Source of the DNA: Pseudomonadota bacterium
GTDB taxonomy: Bacteria > Desulfobacterota > Desulfobulbia > Desulfobulbales > SURF-16
DNA length: 64,000 nt
Assembly (NCBI GenBank): GCA_043809085.1
Contig: JAZDEG010000042.1
Span: 1,599 to 65,598, forward strand
Direction: 5' to 3'
In this document: piece by piece, positions 56,402-64,000 of the stretch
Numbering within the stretch: position 1 is the first letter of the stretch
How the letters are laid out: each line of letters opens with the position of its first letter
The notes under the pieces: model-generated
Told to the model about the DNA's origin: nothing
The model's input: only the letters and a program-made list of their open reading frames with translations
The model's database searches: none
Position numbers and translations under genes: made by a program

Positions 56402-57283
56402 ATGACACAGTTTCAAGGAGCTTTTGTCGCCATTGTCACACCTTTTGTTGACGGGAAAATTGATGAGCAGGGATTAAAAGATCTGATCGAATTTCAGATT
56501 ACCAACGGCACCCACGGCATCGTGCCCTGCGGCACCACCGGCGAATCCGCCACCCTGAGCCATGATGAGCATCGCCGGGTGGTGGAGCTGACCGTCAAGA
56601 CGGTCAATGGGCGGGTGCCGGTTCTGGCCGGTACCGGCTCAAACTCCACTTCGGAAACCATTGAGCTGACTCGCCACGCCAAAGATGCGGGAGCCGATGG
56701 CGCCCTGGTGATCACCCCCTACTACAACAAACCTTCTCAGGAAGGATTGTACCAGCATTTCAAGGCCGTGGCCGAGGCGGTGGATATTCCCCTGATTCTT
56801 TATAACGTCCCTTCTCGCACCGCAATCGACATGGCTCCGGCCACCGTTGCCCGTTGTGCTGCGATTGACAACATTGTCGGCATCAAAGAGGCCACTGGCG
56901 ATATGAATCGTGCCTGTGATGTCATTCGTCGCTGTCCGAAAGATTTCTCCGTTATGTCGGGGGATGATTTTACTTCCCTGCCGCTGGTGCTGCTCGGAGG
57001 GAAAGGTGTTATTTCCGTCACTTCGAATGTCGATCCGAAAAACATGTCGGATCTGATGAACGCGGCGCTTGCCGGTGACGTGGTAAAGGCCCGTGAGATC
57101 CAGTACAGGATTTTTCCGCTCATGGGGGCCATGTTTTTTGATACCAACCCGGTACCGGCCAAAAAAGCGCTGGAGCTGATGGGGAAAATCAAGTCAGGCC
57201 AGCCGCGCCAGCCCCTGTGGAAGATGGGGGAAGAGCCCATGGCAAGGATGCAGGTTGTGTTGAAAGAGCAGGGTCTTATCTGA
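56402..57283 (+). CDS. dapA: 4-hydroxy-tetrahydrodipicolinate synthase
   Basis: The motifs are GIVPCGTTGES, YYNKP and GIKEA. Confidence 0.92.
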   Translation: MTQFQGAFVAIVTPFVDGKIDEQGLKDLIEFQITNGTHGIVPCGTTGESATLSHDEHRRVVELTVKTVNGRVPVLAGTGSNSTSETIELTRHAKDAGADGALVITPYYNKPSQEGLYQHFKAVAEAVDIPLILYNVPSRTAIDMAPATVARCAAIDNIVGIKEATGDMNRACDVIRRCPKDFSVMSGDDFTSLPLVLLGGKGVISVTSNVDPKNMSDLMNAALAGDVVKAREIQYRIFPLMGAMFFDTNPVPAKKALELMGKIKSGQPRQPLWKMGEEPMARMQVVLKEQGLI

Positions 57284-57316
57284 AGACCTGATCGGTTTAT
57301 AGAACGGAGATAAAAT

Positions 57317-58126
57317 ATGGTAAAAGTCATTGTTGCCGGTGCCGCTGGCCGGATGGGAAAAAGAATAGGCTACATGGTGACCCAGAACAGCGCACTGTCG
57401 CTGGTCGGCGGGTTTGAACAGGCGGACAGCCCTGTTGTGGGCAAGGATATCGGCGAGGTGGGCGGATATGGTGCAGCCGGAGCAACAATCGCCCCGGGAC
57501 TGGAATCCATTATTGATACGTGCGACGTGATCATTGATTTCACCTTTCACGCCGCAACCATGGAATTTGCCAAAATTGCCGCCAAACACAAAAAAGCAAT
57601 GGTCATCGGTACAACCGGACTCAGCGCGGAAAATCTGGCGGAACTGAAGCGCCTTGCCGAGCAGATCCCCATCGTTCAGGCACCCAATATGGCCGTTGGC
57701 GTCAATGTGCTGTTCAAGCTGACCCAGAAGGTGGCAGCCATTCTCGGCAATGATTATGATATTGAAATTATTGAAGCCCATCACCGGATGAAAAAGGACG
57801 CCCCCAGCGGGACCGCACTCAAACTCGGTGAGATGGCGGCTCTCGGCGTGGGCCGCGATCTCGCCGAGGTCGGGGTTTTTGAACGCAACGGCATCATCGG
57901 CGAACGGACGGATGAAGAGATAGGCATCCAGACCATCCGCGCAGGTGATATCGTCGGTGAGCATACGGTTTATTTCGCCGGACCAGGTGAAAGGATTGAG
58001 CTTACCCACCGGGCCCACAGCCGCGATAACTTTGCCCGTGGTGCTGCTGTTGCCGCCGCCTGGGTGGCAGGGAAGCCAAACGGCATGTATACCATGTTCG
58101 ATGTGCTTGGCTTGACAGACATCTAG
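57317..58126 (+). CDS. dapB: 4-hydroxy-tetrahydrodipicolinate reductase
   Basis: The motifs are VIVAGAAGRMG and EAHHRMKKDAPSGTA. Confidence 0.92.
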   Translation: MVKVIVAGAAGRMGKRIGYMVTQNSALSLVGGFEQADSPVVGKDIGEVGGYGAAGATIAPGLESIIDTCDVIIDFTFHAATMEFAKIAAKHKKAMVIGTTGLSAENLAELKRLAEQIPIVQAPNMAVGVNVLFKLTQKVAAILGNDYDIEIIEAHHRMKKDAPSGTALKLGEMAALGVGRDLAEVGVFERNGIIGERTDEEIGIQTIRAGDIVGEHTVYFAGPGERIELTHRAHSRDNFARGAAVAAAWVAGKPNGMYTMFDVLGLTDI

Positions 58127-58144
58127 CCTGGGGCCGCGTCTGCC

Positions 58145-58900
58145 ATGAAGATTGTCCGTTGCCGGACTGACCGGGGCATCCGTTACGGTCTGCTGAAAGG
58201 GGAGGCCGTTTTTTTGCTGGAAGGCACTCCCTTTGGTGGAATTAAGCCGAGCGGTGAGGTGGTCGCTCTCTCCGCGGTGAAACTTCTGGCCCCCTGCGAG
58301 CCGTCGAAGATCGTCGCCGTGGGGATCAATTACGCCCCCCATGCCAAAGAGCTTGATTTCCAGATTCCGCCGGAGCCGCTTCTGTTTCTTAAACCCTCCA
58401 CCTCGGTGATCGGGCCTGATGAGGATATCATCCTGCCCGCCATGAGCGGACAGGTTGATTATGAAGGGGAACTTGCGGTGGTGATCGGCCGCCGCACCAA
58501 AAATGTCAGCCAGGCCGAGGCGCTCGATGCGGTGCTCGGTTATACCTGCTGCAACGATGTCACGGCCAGGGATCTCCAGAAGAAGGATGTCCAGTTTACC
58601 CGTTCCAAGGGTTTTGACACCTTTGCCCCCCTTGGTCCCTGCATTGAGACGGAACTGGACCCATGCGACGTCGTTGTCCGCAGTTTCGTCAACAAAGAGA
58701 AGCGGCAGGAGGCAAACACTTCAACCATGATCCGCTCCGTGGCTGAATTAATCAGTTTTATTTCCCAGGTCATGACCCTGCTGCCCGGGGATGTCATCGC
58801 CACCGGCACCCCGGCGGGCGTCGGCCGCCTTCAGGATGGAGACCGGGTAACCGTTGCCGTCGATTCCATCGGCACTTTGTCCAATCCGGTGCGGGGATAA
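58145..58900 (+). CDS. fumarylacetoacetate hydrolase-family protein
   Basis: The motifs are VGINYAPHAKE, DYEGELAVVIG and FDTFAPLGP. Confidence 0.8.
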   Translation: MKIVRCRTDRGIRYGLLKGEAVFLLEGTPFGGIKPSGEVVALSAVKLLAPCEPSKIVAVGINYAPHAKELDFQIPPEPLLFLKPSTSVIGPDEDIILPAMSGQVDYEGELAVVIGRRTKNVSQAEALDAVLGYTCCNDVTARDLQKKDVQFTRSKGFDTFAPLGPCIETELDPCDVVVRSFVNKEKRQEANTSTMIRSVAELISFISQVMTLLPGDVIATGTPAGVGRLQDGDRVTVAVDSIGTLSNPVRG

Positions 58901-58905
58901 AATCG

Positions 58906-59394
58906 TTGGCGCGAGCCGTTATAGGTCTGGGGTCGAATCTTGGAGAAGGCCGGAAAAATCTTCTTGCGGCCTGGCTGGAGCTTGCGGAAAAAGCGGGACG
59001 GGCCATTCGTCTTTCTTCCCCTTATCTGACTGAACCGGTTGAGATGGAAAGCAACTTTCTGTTCACCAATGCGGTGGGGGTGCTTGAAACCGATCTTTCC
59101 CCTGGACAATTGCTTGCAGTGATGCTTTCTGTTGAGAAGAAGCTGGGCCGGGACCGAACCAAGGGTAAGGACAGGACGATCGACCTTGATATCCTTTTTT
59201 ACGATGATCTGGTGCTGGAGACAGAGGAGCTTGTCCTGCCCCATCCGGAAATCGGCAGCCGGCGCTTTGTCCTTGCTCCCCTTGCCGAAATCGTGCCGGA
59301 GTTTGTTCATCCGGTTTCCGGCCTGACAGCGGAGTCCATGTTGCATCGACTTGACGATGACAGCGTGGCAACGCGAATGAAATGGGAGAAGTGA
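58906..59394 (+). CDS. folK: 2-amino-4-hydroxy-6-hydroxymethyldihydropteridine diphosphokinase
   Basis: It has a TTG start. The motifs are VIGLGSNLG, RTIDLDIL and LPHPE..RRFVLAPL. Confidence 0.85.
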   Translation: MARAVIGLGSNLGEGRKNLLAAWLELAEKAGRAIRLSSPYLTEPVEMESNFLFTNAVGVLETDLSPGQLLAVMLSVEKKLGRDRTKGKDRTIDLDILFYDDLVLETEELVLPHPEIGSRRFVLAPLAEIVPEFVHPVSGLTAESMLHRLDDDSVATRMKWEK

Positions 59395-59660
59395 TGAGTC
59401 CTGTCCGAATCATAATACTTGCGATTCTTGGCTATATTCTCTATCGCTTGCTTTTTGGCGTAAAAAAGAAAAACCAGCAGGCGCGGTCGACCGGCGGGAA
59501 AGATTTGCCGGCTGAGGATGTCCTGGTGGAAGATCCTGTCTGTCATACCTATGTGCCGAGTAAACAGGCGATCCGCGCTGTTAAAAACGGGAAGCAATAT
59601 TTTTTCTGCAGTGATAAGTGCTGCCAAAAATTTTTAGAGGATAAAGGAGAAGGGGAATGA
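59394..59660 (+). CDS. membrane-anchored YHS/TRASH-type metal-binding domain protein
   Basis: The ATG shares one nucleotide with the folK stop (TGATG). It has an N-terminal TM helix. The domain segment is [23 protein letters not shown]. Confidence 0.6.
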   Translation: MSPVRIIILAILGYILYRLLFGVKKKNQQARSTGGKDLPAEDVLVEDPVCHTYVPSKQAIRAVKNGKQYFFCSDKCCQKFLEDKGEGE

Positions 59661-60301
59661 AATTTTTTATTGATACCGCCAATATTGATGAGATCCGCAA
59701 AGGGGTGGATATGGGAATGGTTGACGGCGTAACCACCAATCCGTCGCTTATTGCCAAGGAGAAAAAATCTTTCGAGGCTATTCTCAAAGAGATTTGTGAA
59801 ACCGTTGACGGGCCGATCAGTGCTGAAGTAATCAGCTTGGACGCCGAAGGGATGCTGGTTGAGGGCAGAAAACTCGCAGCAATTCATTCCAATATCGTCA
59901 TCAAGGTGCCGATGATAACCGAGGGACTCAAAGCAGTGAAGCGTTTTGCCGCAGAAGGCATCAAAACCAACGTTACCCTGGTTTTTTCCGCCACCCAGGC
60001 GCTTCTTGCCGCCAAGGCGGGGGCAAGTTTTGTCAGCCCTTTTGTCGGGCGTCTTGATGATATCTCCCTCACCGGCATGGATCTGGTCAGTGATATTATG
60101 ACGATTTATGACAACTACGGCTACCAGGCCGAGGTGATCGTCGCCAGTGTTCGTAATCCTGTGCATGTGCTTGATGCTGCGTTGATTGGCGCGGATATTG
60201 CTACCATTCCCTATAGTGTTATCGCTCAGCTGGCCAAGCATCCGTTAACCGATATCGGCATGGAAAAATTTCTGGCTGATTGGGAAAAAAGAAAAAAGTA
60301 G
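59657..60301 (+). CDS. tal: transaldolase / fructose-6-phosphate aldolase (short type 3B)
   Basis: The N-terminus is [31 protein letters not shown], and IVIKVP supplies the Schiff-base Lys. Confidence 0.88.
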   Translation: MKFFIDTANIDEIRKGVDMGMVDGVTTNPSLIAKEKKSFEAILKEICETVDGPISAEVISLDAEGMLVEGRKLAAIHSNIVIKVPMITEGLKAVKRFAAEGIKTNVTLVFSATQALLAAKAGASFVSPFVGRLDDISLTGMDLVSDIMTIYDNYGYQAEVIVASVRNPVHVLDAALIGADIATIPYSVIAQLAKHPLTDIGMEKFLADWEKRKK

Positions 60302-60474
60302 ACTGACGACAGCATTTTCTGCAAGTATAATAAGGAAGCGTCTTAAATGTGATGAAGTAGTCCCCGTGACGTAAGTTGCAGGTCTGTTTGCGGAGAATAC
60401 GAATCGAAATTTCAGACGTTTCTGGTGACCAGTGCATTCGCTTCGATGGTTTTCAACCCCTTTGAAAGAGTGAT

Positions 60475-61089
60475 ATGGGAACAGTTATTCTGAAGGTATG
60501 GCTCATTGCCCTGTTTTTCTGGGCGTCCCTGGCCGCTGTTGCCCATGCGGAAATGTATTCCTTTGTCGACGCGAAGGGAGTGCGTCATTTCTCCAACGTT
60601 CCCAACGACCGCCGCTATGCAAAGGTTGAGTGGGTCAAATCCCGGGAAATGACCGTCCCCACACCGCGATATGTGGATCCGGGTGATTTCGAGGGTTATC
60701 TGATGGAGGTCGGCCAGCACTATCAGCTTGACCCCATGCTGATCAAGGCTGTCATCAAGGCGGAATCAAATTTCGACTGTCTTGCCGTTTCACCGAAAGG
60801 GGCTCAGGGGTTGATGCAGCTCATGCCCGGAACGGCCAGGGACATGCGGGTGTCTGATCCCTTTGACCCCCGGCAGAATATTCTCGGCGGCGCCCGATAT
60901 CTGCGGAAAATGCTGACTCTCTTTGGCGGTGACATTGATCTCGCCCTGGCCGCTTACAACGCAGGACCGGAACCCGTGAAAAGCTGCGGCGCTATTCCCG
61001 ACTATCCGGAAACCACCGCCTATGTGCAAAGGGTTCTGCGTCATTACAAACGTTATCAGACCGTTGCTGCCTTAAGCAAAGGCGGTTGA
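60475..61089 (+). CDS. lytic transglycosylase (SLT domain) with DUF4124-like N-terminus
   Basis: It has a signal peptide. The motifs are YSFVDAKGVRHFSNVP and IKAESNF..GAQGLMQLMPGTA..AAYNAGP. Confidence 0.8.
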   Translation: MGTVILKVWLIALFFWASLAAVAHAEMYSFVDAKGVRHFSNVPNDRRYAKVEWVKSREMTVPTPRYVDPGDFEGYLMEVGQHYQLDPMLIKAVIKAESNFDCLAVSPKGAQGLMQLMPGTARDMRVSDPFDPRQNILGGARYLRKMLTLFGGDIDLALAAYNAGPEPVKSCGAIPDYPETTAYVQRVLRHYKRYQTVAALSKGG

Positions 61090-61110
61090 CATTTACAGGT
61101 AGAAAAGTCA

Positions 61111-61668
61111 TTGAGTCAAATTGCCTATGTTCCCAACATTTTAACGGGCTACAGGTTTGTCGTAGCGCCGCTTCTTCTCTTTTTCCTCTATCCGGGCGCG
61201 GGTAAATGGGTGAGCCTGATCGGGTTTGGCCTTTATCTTTCCGCCGCGCTCACCGATCTCGCTGATGGCTATATTGCCCGCAAGTATCAGGTGGAGTCGG
61301 TGTTGGGAAAACTGATGGATCCCCTGGCCGACAAGGTGCTTGTCCTGTCGGTGCTTGTCATTTTGATGCCTCTGGGAAGAATGCCGACCTGGGTCGCTTT
61401 TCTTATTCTTTCCAGGGAGATGATCGTCACAGGTCTGCGTGGGGTTGCCGCGTCATCCGGCCTGGTTATTGCGGCAAGCAAACTCGGCAAATGGAAAAGT
61501 CTTGTCCAGCTCATTGCCCTCGGAACCCTTGTTTTTCCCATGGGGGTTCTGCCCCTTCCATATCTGCACCAGCTCGGCATGGTGCTCCTCTACATTGCCC
61601 TGTTCCTGACAATATGGTCGGGAGTCGACTATTTTTACCGCTTTCAGAAGGTCTATCTGGCTGCCTGA
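61111..61668 (+). CDS. pgsA: CDP-diacylglycerol--glycerol-3-phosphate 3-phosphatidyltransferase
   Basis: DGYIARKYQVESVLGKLMDPLADK is the CDP-alcohol phosphatidyltransferase motif. It has a TTG start. Confidence 0.85.
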   Translation: MSQIAYVPNILTGYRFVVAPLLLFFLYPGAGKWVSLIGFGLYLSAALTDLADGYIARKYQVESVLGKLMDPLADKVLVLSVLVILMPLGRMPTWVAFLILSREMIVTGLRGVAASSGLVIAASKLGKWKSLVQLIALGTLVFPMGVLPLPYLHQLGMVLLYIALFLTIWSGVDYFYRFQKVYLAA

Positions 61669-61811
61669 ATTCCTTCGGAAAAGAAGCTTTCACATCCTCA
61701 AGCCATTCTTGATGTATTCCCGTGTTCTTTTTGATTTGCTGTTTTTCCCTATGGCTTATACCGTCATAATCAATATTACCAATTTGACTTCTGGGCGAGA
61801 TTCGCTATCTT

Positions 61812-61829
61812 TGACAATGATAATTGTCA
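61812..61829. promoter_or_regulatory. palindrome TGACAAT-GATA-ATTGTCA, Fur-box-like
   Basis: It has 7-bp perfect arms. GACAATGATAATTGTCACC matches 14/19 of the classic Fur box GATAATGATAATCATTATC. It lies 73 nt upstream of ATG 61902. Confidence 0.35.
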
Positions 61830-61901
61830 CCAAAGTCAGCCAGTGCTGAACAGGTGATGAAATGCATCAGATAAAATAATTTCATCGGGGGAAACAGCGA
61901 T

Positions 61902-63191
61902 ATGGCGGCATTTGAAGTGAAGGCGTACCCGGAGTTGTGGAAAGATCTTGACATGGATGTTGAGCGGTTCGACAAGGCCCGCCAGATGCTGGGCGGGGCG
62001 TATGCCTCCATCTATCTGTCCCAGAAGAACCGACCGGAAAAGATGGCCTATTTCGACAACATGATCGCCGAAATCCACGGCGGTCGGGTTCAGGAACTTG
62101 TGGACGCCAAGAAAGAGGGCCGGCCGGTTGTCGGTACCTTCTGCGTCTATATCCCCGAGGAAGTTGTTGTGGCGGCAAACGGCATCTGTGTCGGGCTCTG
62201 CGGCGGCTCCCAGGGTTCGATCCCGGATGCGGAAAAGATACTGCCGCGTAATATCTGCCCCATGGTCAAATCAGCCTTTGGGTTCAAGGCGGGCAGGATT
62301 TGCCCCTATTTTCAGGCGGTGGATTTCGTTTACGGTGAAACCACCTGCGACGCCAAGAAAAAAACTTGGGAGATCCTTGATCGCCTGGTGCCAACCTATG
62401 TCATGGAGATCCCGCAGATGAAAAACAAGCGGGACAAGGTTCTCTGGCTTGAAGAGGTAAAGGATTTCAAGGCAAAGGTGGAAGAGGTCACTGGTAAAAA
62501 GATAAGCGAGAACGACCTGGCCCGCGCTATCAAGGTGATCAACGGCAAACGGCTGGCCCTGCAGCGGTTGACCAAGCTCCGCGCCCATAACCCGGCGCCG
62601 ATAAGCGGCAAAGACGCCCTGCTCATCGAACAGATCGCCTTTTATGATGAACCTGTTCGTTTTGCCGAAAAAGTCAACGAGCTCTGCGACGAACTCGATG
62701 CACGTGTGAAAAACGGTAATGGCGTTTTGCCTGCCGATGCCCCCCGGGTCATGGTTTCCGGAACTCCCATGGCGCTGCCGAACTGGAAGCTCCATCACAT
62801 CGTCGAGTCGGCTGAAGCGGTGATCGTCAATGAGGAAAGCTGCATCGGCACCCGTTATTTCAAGGATCTCATCGACGAAAACAAAAAGTCCATGGACGAG
62901 CAGCTCGAAGTGCTGACAGACCGTTACATGCAGATCGACTGCTCCTGCTTTACCCCCAACAATGAGCGCATCAACCAGGTAATTAAGGAATACCGCGAGT
63001 CGAAAGCCCAGGGAATCATTCATTATTCTCTCCAGTTCTGCCATACCTATAACATTGAGGAGATCAGGATCAAGGAAGCCTGTCAGAAGGAGGGTATTCC
63101 CTATCTTTCCATTGAAACCGATTACTCGCCCGAGGACGTTGGCCAGCTCCAGACCAGGGTCGAGGCATTCCTTGAACAGGTGAGGGGATAG
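61902..63191 (+). CDS. 2-hydroxyacyl-CoA dehydratase-family (HgdB/BcrB-like; possibly double-cubane-cluster type) Fe-S protein
   Basis: It carries many conserved-context Cys (TFCVYIPEE, GLCGG, NICPMVKS, TTCDAKKK, ESCIGTRY, DCSCFTP, LQFCHTYN). It is followed by an activase. Confidence 0.65.
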   Translation: MAAFEVKAYPELWKDLDMDVERFDKARQMLGGAYASIYLSQKNRPEKMAYFDNMIAEIHGGRVQELVDAKKEGRPVVGTFCVYIPEEVVVAANGICVGLCGGSQGSIPDAEKILPRNICPMVKSAFGFKAGRICPYFQAVDFVYGETTCDAKKKTWEILDRLVPTYVMEIPQMKNKRDKVLWLEEVKDFKAKVEEVTGKKISENDLARAIKVINGKRLALQRLTKLRAHNPAPISGKDALLIEQIAFYDEPVRFAEKVNELCDELDARVKNGNGVLPADAPRVMVSGTPMALPNWKLHHIVESAEAVIVNEESCIGTRYFKDLIDENKKSMDEQLEVLTDRYMQIDCSCFTPNNERINQVIKEYRESKAQGIIHYSLQFCHTYNIEEIRIKEACQKEGIPYLSIETDYSPEDVGQLQTRVEAFLEQVRG

Positions 63192-63194
63192 AAG

Positions 63195-63941
63195 ATGTAT
63201 GTTGGTGTTGACCTGGGCTCGCGGACCGTTAAAATCGCCGCTTTCAAAGATGGCGAACTCGTCGGCCATCAGATCAAGGAAAGCAGTTTTGACCCCCACA
63301 AGCAGTCCATGGAGATGCTTGCCGGGTTTGATCCGGTCAGGGTGGTGGCCACTGGTTACGGCCGCCATCTGGCCCGGAAGCACTTCGCCCATGAGGTGAT
63401 CACCGAAATCAAGGCCCACGCCATGGGTGCACGCCACTATTTCCCTGATTGCCGAACCATTGTCGATATCGGCGGTCAGGATTCCAAGGTGATTTCACTC
63501 GATGAAGCGGGACGGGTCGCTAATTTTCAGATGAATGACAAGTGTGCTGCCGGAACCGGTCGATTTCTTGAGATCATGGCCGCAACCCTCGGCTACACCC
63601 TGGTTGAATTCGGTCCGGCCGCCCTTGAATCAATGGAGGATGTTGCCATCAATTCCATGTGCACTGTCTTTGCCGAGTCAGAGGTGATCTCCATGAAGAA
63701 TCGGGGAGTGCCTCCCCGCGATATCGCCATGGCGGTGCATCTCTCTGTGGTCAGCCGGCTGGTCGGCATGCTGAATCGTATCGGTTACGAAGACTCCATC
63801 GTTTTTTCCGGCGGCGTTGCCCGGAATCCCTGCATGGTGAAGATGCTTGCCATGAAGCTTGGCGGAGTGAAGATACTTGCGCCCGAGCATCCTGACATTG
63901 TCGGTGCGCTGGGGGCGGCGATTCAGGCGGGTCTTGCATGA
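63195..63941 (+). CDS. acyl-CoA dehydratase activase (BcrA/BadF/HgdC-type ATPase)
   Basis: The motifs are VGVDLGSRTVK, DIGGQDSKVI and NDKCAAGTGRFLE. Confidence 0.85.
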   Translation: MYVGVDLGSRTVKIAAFKDGELVGHQIKESSFDPHKQSMEMLAGFDPVRVVATGYGRHLARKHFAHEVITEIKAHAMGARHYFPDCRTIVDIGGQDSKVISLDEAGRVANFQMNDKCAAGTGRFLEIMAATLGYTLVEFGPAALESMEDVAINSMCTVFAESEVISMKNRGVPPRDIAMAVHLSVVSRLVGMLNRIGYEDSIVFSGGVARNPCMVKMLAMKLGGVKILAPEHPDIVGALGAAIQAGLA

Positions 63942-64000
63942 AATGCGAATTTACCGGACCCCTCTTTTCAACAAACAGCTCGGACAGCTGGATAAAAGCG
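63938..64000 (+). CDS. start of a further ORF (runs off the window)
   Basis: Its ATG overlaps the activase stop (ATGA). Only MKCEFTGPLFSTNSSDSWIKA is visible. Confidence 0.3.
   Translation, partial: MKCEFTGPLFSTNSSDSWIKA

Overview
No database or HMM search was possible. All product calls rest on motifs I recognise in the supplied translations, and all repeats and promoters were read by eye.

The window looks like a chromosomal segment of an anaerobic, sigma54-dependent, Desulfobacterota-like bacterium. That inference comes from the nifH-nifI1-nifI2-nifD-nifK order, PFOR, a NapH-like polyferredoxin and strong AAGGAG-type SD sites.

Layout:
1. 1-6.5 kb: right end of an integrative element (hypotheticals, Prim-Pol/PriCT-2/P-loop primase-helicase, P4-type tyrosine integrase). 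Its integrase-proximal junction lies inside hisF, of which only the 3' third remains.
2. 6.9-10.2 kb: visibly low-GC accessory patch. It holds a GNAT-fusion protein, a PD-(D/E)xK-like protein, a 73-aa ORF, and an RHH-ParE-RHH cassette bracketed by a 60-bp direct repeat that duplicates the 5' end of cls.
3. 10.3-22.4 kb: cls, TetR, DUF1566 lipoprotein, alpha/beta-hydrolase-metzincin fusion, AI-2E permease, DUF2294, an HPr-kinase-type P-loop protein behind a promoter-to-terminator leader, purE, nifJ.
4. 22.5-39.7 kb: nitrogen block. It holds Nif11, 2Fe-2S ferredoxin, NifB-like, nifK, nifD, nifI2, nifI1, nifH, nifA, nifV, a packed GATase / RelA-SpoT-like / 3-TM set, TorF-type porin, amtB, glnK and a second amt. 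Four sigma54 -24/-12 promoters and one NifA UAS are readable.
5. 39.8-47 kb: polyferredoxin, FG-GAP protein, rapZ, ptsN, rpoN, lptB, lptA.
6. 47.2-61.7 kb: one co-directional array of argB, argD, argF, argG, argH, FN3 lipoprotein, lysA, dapF, dapA, dapB, FAH, folK, YHS, tal, SLT and pgsA.
7. 61.9-64 kb: 2-hydroxyacyl-CoA-dehydratase-like protein plus activase.

No rRNA, tRNA or CRISPR array was found.

Most interesting leads:
- the RelA/SpoT-like + membrane pair packed onto nifV;
- the low-GC GNAT/nuclease-like block;
- the direct-repeat-flanked TA cassette with phased repeats;
- the NifB-like protein without the radical-SAM CxxxCxxC motif, in a nif operon with no nifEN;
- the 15 x 9-bp periodic array (with an AGA-rich micro-ORF) that exactly fills the argG-argH spacer;
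- two GC-rich structured non-coding inserts in the integrative element.
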